64,000 bases of DNA, taken from NCBI GenBank assembly GCA_963704645.1, contig OY969926.1:288001-352000 (forward strand), read 5' to 3'. Made by a program: the position numbers and the translations under genes. Positions 49,587-59,807 of the stretch are shown here, piece by piece. The stretch comes from an uncultured bacterium. GTDB lineage: Bacteria > Patescibacteriota > JACMRA01. Numbering within the stretch: the first letter of the stretch is position 1; each line of letters starts with the position of its first letter. Under the pieces are notes generated by a model that was given only the letters and a program-made list of their open reading frames with translations, had not been told where the DNA came from and did not search any database.

Positions 49587-51536
49587 ATGTTATCAGACCA
49601 AAACAATGCCAACAAAACTGGTTTCATACCTAGTACTCGTAATTTTTTACGTAAAGCTTGGCCTATTAATTGGAATAATTTTAAAAACATAAAGTTAATT
49701 CAACAAGTTTTAATTGCTGCTCCGTATCCATTCAAAGCAGCCCTGCTTATATTTGTAGCCATACTGCTTGTGTCTATGGGTTTTTTTGGTTTTGGAAGTT
49801 ACCTTGTTCTAACCAAAGAAGTTCCTGGAAACGGTGGTTTAGCTAGAGAGGCTGTAATAACCAGTGACGTGAAAGTATTTAACCCAGTCTTGGAATTAAA
49901 CAGTCCAATGGAGAAAAAAGTTGTAGAATTAATTTACCATCCTCTTTACAGCGTTACTTACCCAGATTTAGCAATAGCCTCCGCCGAGCCCGAAATTAAA
50001 CCAATTCTTTTAGATAAAAAGCCAGAATGGCAAGATTTGGCAGATATTAAAGTAGAAAACAGATATAAGAGATTGCGTTTCACTTTGAAGAACAATATTA
50101 AATGGTCTAATAATACTAAAATTTCAGCAGCAGATGTAGAATATACCTTTGAAAGATTAAAAGAAGATAGGGGAAATTCTATTTTTAGAACGGCTTTTGC
50201 AAATATCACATTTGAAAGCATTTCCGAAACTGAATTCGATTTGGTTGCGCAGGTTTCTACACCCAAATTATTATACAGTGCTAATTTTAGTCCTATTTCT
50301 AAAGCTTTTTACGAAGGAATTTCTACAGAAAAATTATTAACAGATCCAAGATCTTTTAAGCCTACAGCCACTTCTGGCTATTTCACTATTAATTCTGGCA
50401 CAGCCAAAGACCCAGACACTGGTTCTAACCGTGAAAACCCTTTCCGAGATTCCTCTACAGGTTTAATAGAAGCTGTTTTATTGGATAAAAATAAAGTTCA
50501 AAATATAAGTTCAAACGTTTTGATAGATCAATATTATATTCAAAAAGTAGCTAATTTATACGACGCAGGAGGAAATACTCAGTCTGTTGAGAGATTGGCA
50601 AAATCTGGTAAGTTAGACTTGTTCCAAAGAAATTTGGCCGCAGATTTAGGTATAACTTCTTCAGAGACAGCTGGTAAATTAAAGATGAATCAAACCACTT
50701 TACCTACCAACACCTTTTACAGTTTGTTTTTAAATATTAAGCTAGATAATAATACTGGTTATTTTATAAATCAATTTTTAAGAAAATATGTTGTCTGTAA
50801 TTTTCTAAATTACCAATTAGACCAAAGATATTCTTCTCAACTTGATAATATAGAAAAAGAGAAACGTTTAGTTCCAATTATTTTTGGGCAAAGTGTAAAT
50901 TCAGACTGTCCTGAAAATGTAGACACAGTTTTGGATAACCCAAAGTCTAGTAGCGGTGAAAAAGTATATACAATTAAATTTGACCCAGCTACAGGTATAA
51001 AAAGAGTTTTGTTGTTTGGTGAAGAGTTTAGAATTACTTTGGTAGGCCCGCCTAACACAGAGCCACTTTTAAGCGATATTCAATCTTTCTTTCTTTCCAT
51101 TGGTGTGCCAGCTAATTTGGTTAGTGACCCAGATCAGGTGGCGAATAGCTTGCAAAACAAAACCTATAATGCAGCTTTCTTACCAGTAACTTACACTAGC
51201 CAAGATCCTTACCCTTTATTTGGAACTTCAGGACAAGATATTCTTCAAGCTAGTAAAAATAACCGTATTTTGTCTTATAAACTAGAAGAGAATTTGCGTA
51301 AATATTCCGACTCAAACTTAACAGACGAGGCCTCTAAGAAGACTTTAATTGAATTTTTTAGCAAAGAATATGTAAATGTAAATTTGTTTAGGTCAAAGCA
51401 AGAAATTAACTACACTTCTAAAATTGCCAATATTAAAACTCAGCTACCTGCTTTAATTACTTTTGATGAAGAAATATATAGCCAAATTCCTAATTGGTAT
51501 GTTTCAACTAAACGCCAATTTTGGTACGAGAAGTAG
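49587..51536 (+). CDS. Membrane-anchored OppA-like (family 5) solute-binding protein, diverged
   Basis: TM, then GG..REA...FNPV, FTLKNNIKWSN..KISAADVEYTF; upstream TTGACT-17-CAGCTT. Confidence 0.75.
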   Translation: MLSDQNNANKTGFIPSTRNFLRKAWPINWNNFKNIKLIQQVLIAAPYPFKAALLIFVAILLVSMGFFGFGSYLVLTKEVPGNGGLAREAVITSDVKVFNPVLELNSPMEKKVVELIYHPLYSVTYPDLAIASAEPEIKPILLDKKPEWQDLADIKVENRYKRLRFTLKNNIKWSNNTKISAADVEYTFERLKEDRGNSIFRTAFANITFESISETEFDLVAQVSTPKLLYSANFSPISKAFYEGISTEKLLTDPRSFKPTATSGYFTINSGTAKDPDTGSNRENPFRDSSTGLIEAVLLDKNKVQNISSNVLIDQYYIQKVANLYDAGGNTQSVERLAKSGKLDLFQRNLAADLGITSSETAGKLKMNQTTLPTNTFYSLFLNIKLDNNTGYFINQFLRKYVVCNFLNYQLDQRYSSQLDNIEKEKRLVPIIFGQSVNSDCPENVDTVLDNPKSSSGEKVYTIKFDPATGIKRVLLFGEEFRITLVGPPNTEPLLSDIQSFFLSIGVPANLVSDPDQVANSLQNKTYNAAFLPVTYTSQDPYPLFGTSGQDILQASKNNRILSYKLEENLRKYSDSNLTDEASKKTLIEFFSKEYVNVNLFRSKQEINYTSKIANIKTQLPALITFDEEIYSQIPNWYVSTKRQFWYEK

Positions 51537-51537
51537 T

Positions 51538-52632
51538 TTACTCTAAAATAATTTTTGGCCCACTTTCATCTGATAAAACACTTCTTTCTATTCTAGGTGT
51601 TTTAGCCAGTTTTAATTTAACTTTAGGTTGATTAGGCTGAGTAGGTCTATTTTTATTTGCAGTATCGGTTTCATTCTGCTGATTTTGTTTTAAATCTTTG
51701 TTTGTTTTCGTAGAAAATTGCGACCTCGAAGTATTATTTTGCAGGGCAGGCTTCCTTTGCTCTTTATCTTTTTGCAAGTCTTGTGTCTTAGAGTTGATAT
51801 TACTAGTAACTTTTTCAACTTCTGTAATTATATCCGCAACTTTTTTTGGCTCAACTCTTCTTGGTTTGGTAGTTATTTCCTTAACTTCATTTTGGGCTTT
51901 GTCTAAAATATCTGAGCCAGTTTTTCTAGTTTTTTCTAGTTTAGCCGGAATATTATCGTGGTTTGTGTAATTTTCATGACTAGGTTTTTTGGGTTTATTT
52001 TGGGTTAAAATTAAAACACCCTCTTCTCCGCTAATATCATTTTTAGTTTCAACCTCAACCTCCACATTGTTTTTGTTGTTATACTTACGCCACACATGGC
52101 TAATTCTGTTTAAGAAGAAATACCTACCTGCTTCTTGATGTAATTCGTACGAAGTAAAACCTCCAATTCCTAAAATAATGGTTTCTTTGCCAAGGCTTTC
52201 TAAAGCAGTAATTAAATAAGTAAAATCTCCATCACCGCTTAGTAATATTAAAATATCGTAGGTGTTCAATTGCAACATGGCATCTACAGCCAGCTCAATA
52301 TCCATATTTCCTTTCTTAGAATCTTCAAAAACTTTAATGGGCTTTTTTGTTACCTTATAGCCACAACTTTGCAAACCCTCAAAGAATTCCATTTGTTTTT
52401 CATCTTCTGGGTCAAAAGCTGTGTAGAAGTTTAAATTTACGCTTTCGCAATTTTCTAAAAACCAACTAGCTACTTGGAAATAATCAATTTTAATTTTGCT
52501 AACACTAGATGCATAATACAAATTTGCAGCATCAATGGCTACGCTTACCCTTTTTCCGCTAACTAATTTAGCAAATTGAGAAGTTAAATCGTTCTTATTT
52601 TTCTGTGGAATAAAACCTGCTTTTTCTGCCAT
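51538..52632 (-). CDS. NYN domain (LabA/DUF88) protein with a disordered tail
   Basis: IDAANL, KGNMDIELAVD, LSGDGDF; Lys/Gln/Asn-rich C-terminal half. Confidence 0.9.
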   Translation of the reverse strand: MAEKAGFIPQKNKNDLTSQFAKLVSGKRVSVAIDAANLYYASSVSKIKIDYFQVASWFLENCESVNLNFYTAFDPEDEKQMEFFEGLQSCGYKVTKKPIKVFEDSKKGNMDIELAVDAMLQLNTYDILILLSGDGDFTYLITALESLGKETIILGIGGFTSYELHQEAGRYFFLNRISHVWRKYNNKNNVEVEVETKNDISGEEGVLILTQNKPKKPSHENYTNHDNIPAKLEKTRKTGSDILDKAQNEVKEITTKPRRVEPKKVADIITEVEKVTSNINSKTQDLQKDKEQRKPALQNNTSRSQFSTKTNKDLKQNQQNETDTANKNRPTQPNQPKVKLKLAKTPRIERSVLSDESGPKIILE

Positions 52633-52654
52633 GTAACTTTGTTATCTTTTTAAA

Positions 52655-54769
52655 TTAATTTGCTCTGCCAGCCTGGCCCTCTAATACATATTTTTCACCT
52701 GTGAAGTCATCCGTTCCAATTATTTTAGATTGGCCAAACAAGTTGTTGTCGGTTGTAGACCCAGTTTCATAATTAATATCAAAGCTGATACTGGCAATTG
52801 GGTTTGAACCGCCTGTGTAAGCTGGTAAGTCTCCTGGTGTCCATGTAATTTGACCTGTAGCAGGGTTGTAAACCAATTGGGAAGATATGCTTGCAGGTGT
52901 AATACTTGCTTGTAGCCAGCTGGTTGGCGGAAGATTGGTTGTAGTTGTAATTACAGCTCCGTTTACTTTGTTTTGCAAAGTTTTAAGTGACCAGGTTACA
53001 GTGTAAGTTCTTAAATTAGAAGGGTTAGACGGTACAACTTTTGAAGTTATTGTTTGTGAAAATTGCAAGTCTCCTTTAGCTTTATATAATTCCCCTGAAG
53101 TCTCAATTTGTTCTAAATTAGTTGCTTTAGCCTGAGCTCTTGGTCTTAAAGTATATGCTGTCTGATTTAAACCAGAGTTAATAAATCCATCTCCAGATTT
53201 AGTTCTTATAGTAAAACTTACACTGCCTTTTTGTTGAGGTACAACATTAGAGAAACTTGGATTTCCGCTACTTCTCCATTGTATAACTTTGTTGCTTAAA
53301 TTACCAGAAGCCCCGCCCACATAAGAAATAGTGCTATAATCTAAAATACCAGCAGGATCATCTAGAAAACCTAGTACTTCTAAGTTCTGTAAAGTTTTAG
53401 AACTCTTATTTTCATAGTTAACAGTAACAACTAAAGCTTCATTTTGCCTAAAAGTTTTTGTTGAATCACGACCTTCAATAACTGCGCTAATGTTTAGCGG
53501 TTGAGAAACTATAGTAATATCTCTTGCTGTATTAGCTAAAACCTGATAGTCGTTACCATTTTTAATAGCTATTTCCATTGTAAATATTTGCTTACTTTGG
53601 TCGGCGCCTGAAAGTATTCCTCTTATTACCAAATTGGCTTGCTGCTGTGACGGTAGAGAAGGTATATTCCATAAATTGTTCCCATTGTCTGGTGTGGTTT
53701 TAGGTGAAGATCCGCCGCCTAAGTTTAACTCTGAAGCTTGATATGTGAAGCTGTTTCTATCTGGATAACTAAATCTAATTTGCAGGTCTTTTAATTCTCT
53801 TCCGGAAGTGTTTTCAAAGGTGGCGTTAAGTTGGGCCGGACTACCATTTTGAACCTCTTGGTTTTGTGGAACTAATTGTAGCTTAATTTCTGGAGCTGTT
53901 ATTTTAGTTTTTGCCGCTGCAATACTTATACTTTTTCTGTTGTTAGGTTGGTTTGCTAAAGGGGAAGGGGTATAGGTAATGTCTCCTGTCATTATTGTTT
54001 CTTCGTCTATCTGGCCGGTTAAAACTCCTTCAAATTGAATTAAAACTTCACTGGTTCCAAGTCCGCTTCCTGCAATTCTAGCAAAGGAATACACTGTGCC
54101 TAATGTGTCGCTAGGTTCTGGGTTTACTGCTTTTGTAAATCTAAATGATTTATCGAATTTAAGCTTAATTTCCACATTCTCCAAGTTTATTTTTTCGTTG
54201 TTAGTAATTTTAACTCTCCAAGTATTTGGACTTCCAGCTGCAGAAGTTACAGGAGATTGTATAATTCCCACTACATTATTAAATGGCCCTGTTGGAACTG
54301 GAGGTCTGCCAAAAACTGCAAATAAACCAACTCCAAGTAAAGATATTCCTACTACCACTAACAAGATTAGCCACCATTTTTTCAACATCCAGTCTTGAAT
54401 TTTCTTAAAATCTATTTTTGAACCAAATTTAGCCTTAGCTTTTACAGGTTGAACTTCTTGCTGTCCTACTTGAAAATATTGATTCGTATTTGGCTGAGCA
54501 TATGTCTGATTAGGTGTGTTAGTTTGAACAGGTGTTAAATCTATAAATTCAGGCTGGGGCTGTCCTGCGCTTTGGGCGTATTGGTTTTGATAAGGGTTTT
54601 GTTGGTTAATTTGTTGATAGTTTGGAGCTACATTTTGAAAGGCATTCTGCTGACCGTTTTGAATTGGACTCTGAGCATTATTAGGAAAGCCATTCTGAGG
54701 TGAATTTGGCTGGTAGTTTTGATTGCCGTTTTGTGGTGCAGCTTGTGGGTTGTTTAAATTATCTGCCAT
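52655..54769 (-). CDS. Membrane-anchored protein with repeated Ig-like (DUF11-like) domains
   Basis: Gln/Asn/Pro-rich N-terminus, one TM, repeated V..ENTS...L.NL...W.I motifs. Confidence 0.7.
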   Translation of the reverse strand: MADNLNNPQAAPQNGNQNYQPNSPQNGFPNNAQSPIQNGQQNAFQNVAPNYQQINQQNPYQNQYAQSAGQPQPEFIDLTPVQTNTPNQTYAQPNTNQYFQVGQQEVQPVKAKAKFGSKIDFKKIQDWMLKKWWLILLVVVGISLLGVGLFAVFGRPPVPTGPFNNVVGIIQSPVTSAAGSPNTWRVKITNNEKINLENVEIKLKFDKSFRFTKAVNPEPSDTLGTVYSFARIAGSGLGTSEVLIQFEGVLTGQIDEETIMTGDITYTPSPLANQPNNRKSISIAAAKTKITAPEIKLQLVPQNQEVQNGSPAQLNATFENTSGRELKDLQIRFSYPDRNSFTYQASELNLGGGSSPKTTPDNGNNLWNIPSLPSQQQANLVIRGILSGADQSKQIFTMEIAIKNGNDYQVLANTARDITIVSQPLNISAVIEGRDSTKTFRQNEALVVTVNYENKSSKTLQNLEVLGFLDDPAGILDYSTISYVGGASGNLSNKVIQWRSSGNPSFSNVVPQQKGSVSFTIRTKSGDGFINSGLNQTAYTLRPRAQAKATNLEQIETSGELYKAKGDLQFSQTITSKVVPSNPSNLRTYTVTWSLKTLQNKVNGAVITTTTNLPPTSWLQASITPASISSQLVYNPATGQITWTPGDLPAYTGGSNPIASISFDINYETGSTTDNNLFGQSKIIGTDDFTGEKYVLEGQAGRAN

Positions 54770-54915
54770 ATGTAACAAACTATAAATATCTTATGTATAA
54801 CAATAAAGGTTAGTGTTCTTGTAAAGGTTACTTGGTTTTCATAGCTTTGACAAAAAGTGGTGTTCTGTGGGATGTTTTTATTATAAACATCAACTTTTCT
54901 TGAAAATTATTTATT

Positions 54916-56838
54916 ATGAACATTTCTACTTTAGCTAAAATATTAGGTGTTTCTGTGGCCGGACTACGTGAGACAGGAACTTCAAAAAGCATTCCCGGTT
55001 TTGCTGGAAGAAATACACGTATTCCATATAATTCAGCTTTAGAAATTACCAAACTTCTTCGCCCAGACAAGGCAGCCAAGCTACAAAACGATGACAAAAT
55101 TTACTTGCCAGGCACAATGTCTGTAGCAAACTTCGCAGAAACTATTGGAAAAGCATCTGGGGTTGTAGTTAAAACCTTGGTAATGAATGGAGTAATGGTT
55201 ACTTTGAATGAAAAAATTGACTACGATACTGCTTCTCTAATTGCTAGTGAGCTTGGTGTAGAAGTTTTTCCAGATAATTTAGAAATTGAAAAAAATAACG
55301 TTTCCAGTGCAGACTTAAATAACCTGGCAATGTTTGAAACAGAAGGGATTGGGGGGGAAATTGTTTCGCGCCCAGCTGTAGTTACAGTAATGGGGCATGT
55401 TGACCATGGTAAAACTACACTGCTAGACACTATTAGAAAAACTAATGTTGTAGCGGGTGAGGCAGGGGCAATTACTCAGCATATTAGTAGCTATCAAATT
55501 GAATATAAGGGAAACAAAATTACTTTCATCGACACTCCTGGACACGAAGCTTTTACAGCTATGAGAGCCAGAGGAACACAGTTAGCGGATTTAATTATTT
55601 TAATGGTTTCAGCAACAGAAGGGCCTAAACCCCAAACTGTAGAGGTAATTGAAAGAGCTAAACTTTCTAAAACAAACGTAATTGTAGCCATAAATAAAGT
55701 AGATTTACCAGAATCCGATGTGGAAAGAGTAAAGCAAGAAATTGCAGCCTTCGGTTTGGTTCCAGAAGAATGGGGGGGTAACACACCTTTCATACCTATT
55801 TCAGCTAAATTGGGGACAAATTTAGACACTCTACTTGATACAATTTTGTTACATGCAGAAATCGCCGACTTAAAAGGACAAATTGGTGTGCTTGGGCAAG
55901 CTATTGTAGTAGAAAGTCATCTAGATTCTAAACAAGGTGTTGAAACTACAGTTTTGGTTTCTCGTGGAGAATTAAAAGTTGGTGATAATATTAGGTGTGG
56001 AGAAAGTGCAGCTAAAATTAAAAAGATTTTAAGCACAGAAGGTAAAGTTATTGCAGAAGGCAAGCTTGGAATGCCTGTGGTAATTTATGGTTTTTCTGAA
56101 CTTAGTTCCATTGGTCAAATCATTCAGTGTTATCCAACGGCTAAAGAAGCTGTAAATGCTGCCTCAATGGAAACAGCTAAGAAGATTGCTAAAAAGGGTA
56201 ATATTGTTCAAGCAGGAGCAATTACTGAAGGCCAAATTAACTTGGTATTAAAAGCCGACGTGTCTGGTTCTTTAGAAGCTTTAAAGGAAACAATTTTAAA
56301 AATTCCTCAAGAAAGTACAACAATTACAATTAAAAGTGCGGGTGTTGGCCCAGTTACTGAAAGCGATGTAGATTTTGCTAAAACAAGCCAGTCTACAATT
56401 TTGGCTTTCCACACTACTTTGCTTGCTGGTATTAACAAACAAATAGAAGCTGCTAAAGTAAATTTAATTCAAAGCGATATTATTTATGAAATTTTGAACT
56501 GGATTGAAGAACAAATTTTAGCCAATACAAAACATGAGGTAAAAATTACTGTGCTTGGTAAGTTTAAAGTTTTAGCTTTGTTTAAATCAGATAAAACTAG
56601 CGTGCAAGTTGTTGGTGGTGAAGTAAGTGATGGCAAAATATTTTCTAATAAAAACTTGCGCCTTGCTAGTTTAGAAGATGCTCCAACTTTGGAAATTGTA
56701 GAATTACAAAGAAACAAAGAGAAAGTTAAGGAAGTTAATGCTCCTCAGCAATTTGGTGTTTCTATTACAGGTAAATCTAAAATTAAAGTAGGAGATATTT
56801 TGGAATGCATAGATGAAATTGTAGTTGTAAATAAGTAA
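54916..56838 (+). CDS. infB: Translation initiation factor IF-2
   Basis: VTVMGHVDHGKTTLLD, FIDTPGHEAF, NKVD, KADVSGSLEAL. Confidence 0.98.
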   Translation: MNISTLAKILGVSVAGLRETGTSKSIPGFAGRNTRIPYNSALEITKLLRPDKAAKLQNDDKIYLPGTMSVANFAETIGKASGVVVKTLVMNGVMVTLNEKIDYDTASLIASELGVEVFPDNLEIEKNNVSSADLNNLAMFETEGIGGEIVSRPAVVTVMGHVDHGKTTLLDTIRKTNVVAGEAGAITQHISSYQIEYKGNKITFIDTPGHEAFTAMRARGTQLADLIILMVSATEGPKPQTVEVIERAKLSKTNVIVAINKVDLPESDVERVKQEIAAFGLVPEEWGGNTPFIPISAKLGTNLDTLLDTILLHAEIADLKGQIGVLGQAIVVESHLDSKQGVETTVLVSRGELKVGDNIRCGESAAKIKKILSTEGKVIAEGKLGMPVVIYGFSELSSIGQIIQCYPTAKEAVNAASMETAKKIAKKGNIVQAGAITEGQINLVLKADVSGSLEALKETILKIPQESTTITIKSAGVGPVTESDVDFAKTSQSTILAFHTTLLAGINKQIEAAKVNLIQSDIIYEILNWIEEQILANTKHEVKITVLGKFKVLALFKSDKTSVQVVGGEVSDGKIFSNKNLRLASLEDAPTLEIVELQRNKEKVKEVNAPQQFGVSITGKSKIKVGDILECIDEIVVVNK

Positions 56839-56880
56839 ATTAAAGTCTTAAAATAATTGGGTTACTAATACTTTTGGTTT

Positions 56881-57300
56881 ATGGAAATTAGACAAGTTCA
56901 CGGCCTTCCGCTGAAAATCTATACCGATTCTGCAGCCGGCTTTAGCTATCTTACTTTTTTAAGTTCTCAAAAAATAGAAAAAATTAGATTACCAAGAGAG
57001 TTTAGCCAATTTAAACAAAATTATTTACTTTCTCCAAACTATATTTTAGATTTAGAAATTATTAAGACTAAGAAAAATTGGGTTTTGAAAGATGTAATAA
57101 ATTCTTCTCAGGTGGTTAGTTTAAAATGTTGGGATGATTACTTAAAACACAGTGAACAAACTTCCATCTTACTAGAATTTTTAAGAGAAGAGCAAGAAGT
57201 GGATATTTTAGTTTGGCTAAAAAGCATTTGGTCAGATAAATTCGGTGGCTCTAATATAGATTTCAGGAAAGAGTTGGAAGTTAAGCTAGGTTTTGCTTAA
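56881..57300 (+). CDS. Hypothetical protein, possibly a reduced RecO
   Basis: LLSPNYILDLEIIKTKKNWVL resembles the RecO OB-fold segment; 139 aa. Confidence 0.35.
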   Translation: MEIRQVHGLPLKIYTDSAAGFSYLTFLSSQKIEKIRLPREFSQFKQNYLLSPNYILDLEIIKTKKNWVLKDVINSSQVVSLKCWDDYLKHSEQTSILLEFLREEQEVDILVWLKSIWSDKFGGSNIDFRKELEVKLGFA

Positions 57301-57552
57301 AGGGCGACTGGTAAAAGTGGTGTAGCAATGAATACTCACCTTTAAAGAATAAATAACATCCAATCAGCTAGAAACATCCATTAAATATATGTTTAGGCTT
57401 GGTGACTTTACTCATCACATATGCCTGAGATTATTCTATAAAAACAAAATCACACTCTATTGCAAGTGTGAAGTTTGAATTTATATTCTAACTATTTAAT
57501 CTTAAGATTTGTCCTGGACTGAGTTTCTGTAACTAACTAAAATCAGCATCAA

Positions 57553-58137
57553 CTACCAAACTATAACTAAACTTCCATCGGCTTTTTGATAAACTTTATA
57601 ATTGCCATTGTTAAATTCAGCTGTCTGATTTGCTGAAGTTGTAGGTTTAGATTTTGTTGTGCTTGTAGGTGCTGTATTAGAACCCATCATTTTAGTTTCA
57701 TTGTTAGTAGTAGTATTAGTGGCTGGGTACATTCTTGTTGGTACACCTGGCTTAACATCTCCACTGGAAATTAAATCTTGGGTATAAGATGAGTAGGCTG
57801 TTGTTCTGTAAAAACTAGTTTTAATTTGGTGGAGGGACATTACTGTTCCAATAACAATTCCAAAAAGTAAAATTCCAAAAAACACTAAGTATTCACTAAA
57901 ACCAAATTTACCGTTTCTGTGATGAATTGGTAATTTCTGAACTTCTTTTTCAATTTCGTGTTGTTTTATTTCAGCTTCTTCAGCTTCTTCAGCTTTATTC
58001 ATTTTTTCTGTAGTAATTTGGAAGCTGTTGTCACCATAAGTTTCGCCAAGGTTTAACTTTCTCTTTCCTTTTGTTTCAACTTTTGCAGTAACTTTGTTAG
58101 TAGGCTCTGCTTCAATTAATTTTTTTGTTTTAGGCAT
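57553..58137 (-). CDS. Hypothetical single-TM protein with a Thr-rich tail
   Basis: Charged N-terminus, TM (YLVFFGILLFGIVIGTV), Thr-rich region. Confidence 0.7.
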   Translation of the reverse strand: MPKTKKLIEAEPTNKVTAKVETKGKRKLNLGETYGDNSFQITTEKMNKAEEAEEAEIKQHEIEKEVQKLPIHHRNGKFGFSEYLVFFGILLFGIVIGTVMSLHQIKTSFYRTTAYSSYTQDLISSGDVKPGVPTRMYPATNTTTNNETKMMGSNTAPTSTTKSKPTTSANQTAEFNNGNYKVYQKADGSLVIVW

Positions 58138-58437
58138 ATTTGAAGATATTTATTTTTGTTTAACTTTATTATAATTCAAACTTTTTGTATTGTAAAATTA
58201 GTATTGAATCAAGGATTAATTTCCCTAATGATTAAATTAAAAGAATATATTTTTTAGTAAAAGAGTATAACAAACAGAACGTTTTAAGTATGTATGTAAC
58301 TATATACATTTGCTATTAATATCTAGGATGCACCTGATAAACAATCAACTCCTTTTAATTAGAAATTATCGCAATTATAGAAATAAGCAACAGCACACGC
58401 AATTAAACATGTGGATTTAGCGATGTAAATAAAACTC

Positions 58438-59577
58438 TTACTCTTCCCCAGCTTCACTGGCTTCAAGCTTTTCATCATCTTCATTGCCAGTTGGTGCAGG
58501 GTGGCTCATTCTTCCTTCGTGTAGACGTTTTTTGAACTCTGTAAGAATAGCAACTTTAGCTTCTTGAATTAGTTCTGGTTGAGAGTATAATGCTGTTTTA
58601 GCACTTTCTCTACCAACACCAAGCTTAACAGTTTCTTTGCCGTTTAACTTAATGCTATAAGTGTTTCCTGTTTTTTCTACTACATCGTAACCCATTCCGA
58701 TATCTAAAATTTCACCTGCTAAAGAGAAAATTCCTGGCTCATCAAACATCATGTCTACTTCAACAGTCTTGAAAGGTGCGGCTAACTTATTCTTAACAAT
58801 TTTAACTCTTACTCTTTGTCCTACTGTGTCTGTTCCCGATTTTAATTGACCAATTTTTCTAATATCAAAACGTAAGCTTGCAAAGAATTTTAAAGCTTCT
58901 CCACCAGTTGTAGTTTCTGGATTACCAAACATTACACCAATCTTTAATCTAATTTGGTTAATAAACACAACAACAGTTTTAGATTTAGAAATTGCTCCTG
59001 TTAATTTTCTTAAAGCCTGAGACATTAATCTGGCCTGAACACCCATTTGGGAATCTCCCATATTTCCTTCAATTTCAGACTTAGGAACTAAAGCAGCAAC
59101 GGAATCAATTACAATAATATCAAAAGCATTAGATCTAACAAGATTGTCTACAATTTCTAAAGCTTCTTCCCCGTTGGATGGTTGTGAAACGTATAAATCG
59201 TCAATGTTTACCCCAAATTTAGAAGCCCATTCTGGGTTAAAAGCGTGCTCAGCGTCAATAAAAGCAGCAATTCCTCCAGATTTCTGAGCTTGAGCAATAG
59301 CAGATAAAGCCAAAGAAGTTTTTCCAGAAGACTCTGGTCCGTAAATTTCCACAATTCTTCCTCTGGCTAAGCCACCAACGCCAATGGCTAAATCTACAGA
59401 AAGTGAACCTGTAGAAATTACTTCAACATCTGCATCTAAAACTTCATTCATTTTCATAATGGCACCTTGTCCGAAAGATGTTCTAATTTGGGATACAATT
59501 AAGTCTGCCATCATCTTCTTATCTGCCATATCGGCTGGCATTGGATTTGCTGGTGTTGTGGTTGTTTTCTTAGCCAT
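58438..59577 (-). CDS. recA: Recombinase A
   Basis: [48 protein letters not shown]. Confidence 0.99.
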   Translation of the reverse strand: MAKKTTTTPANPMPADMADKKMMADLIVSQIRTSFGQGAIMKMNEVLDADVEVISTGSLSVDLAIGVGGLARGRIVEIYGPESSGKTSLALSAIAQAQKSGGIAAFIDAEHAFNPEWASKFGVNIDDLYVSQPSNGEEALEIVDNLVRSNAFDIIVIDSVAALVPKSEIEGNMGDSQMGVQARLMSQALRKLTGAISKSKTVVVFINQIRLKIGVMFGNPETTTGGEALKFFASLRFDIRKIGQLKSGTDTVGQRVRVKIVKNKLAAPFKTVEVDMMFDEPGIFSLAGEILDIGMGYDVVEKTGNTYSIKLNGKETVKLGVGRESAKTALYSQPELIQEAKVAILTEFKKRLHEGRMSHPAPTGNEDDEKLEASEAGEE

Positions 59578-59676
59578 ATAATTTTTACTTTATTAGTTAA
59601 ATATAAATGGTATTTGTTTTTCTCGTCAAAGAAAATTGTGGTCAAAGTCCAAAGTGCATTGCGAGAGCACAGTTAA

Positions 59677-59707
59677 CTGCCAACCTGAACTTGTTTCAGG
59701 GTCTAAG
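59677..59707 (-). repeat. 31-bp palindromic repeat, copy 5 (inverted orientation)
   Basis: Minus strand CTTAGACCCTGAAACAAGTTCAGGTTGGCAG. Confidence 0.9.
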
Positions 59708-59807
59708 CGAATGGAATAAGGTAAAACAGATAGTATTTCTGCGTAAATATAAACAGCAATTGTCTGAAATGTAATATAACAATTATGATGCTACATTTTT
59801 CTTAAAT

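Noticed and set aside
46150-59577. Inteins or introns in nrdA or recA
   Set aside because: No intein terminal motifs or large insertions; extra length is explained by short loops and tails
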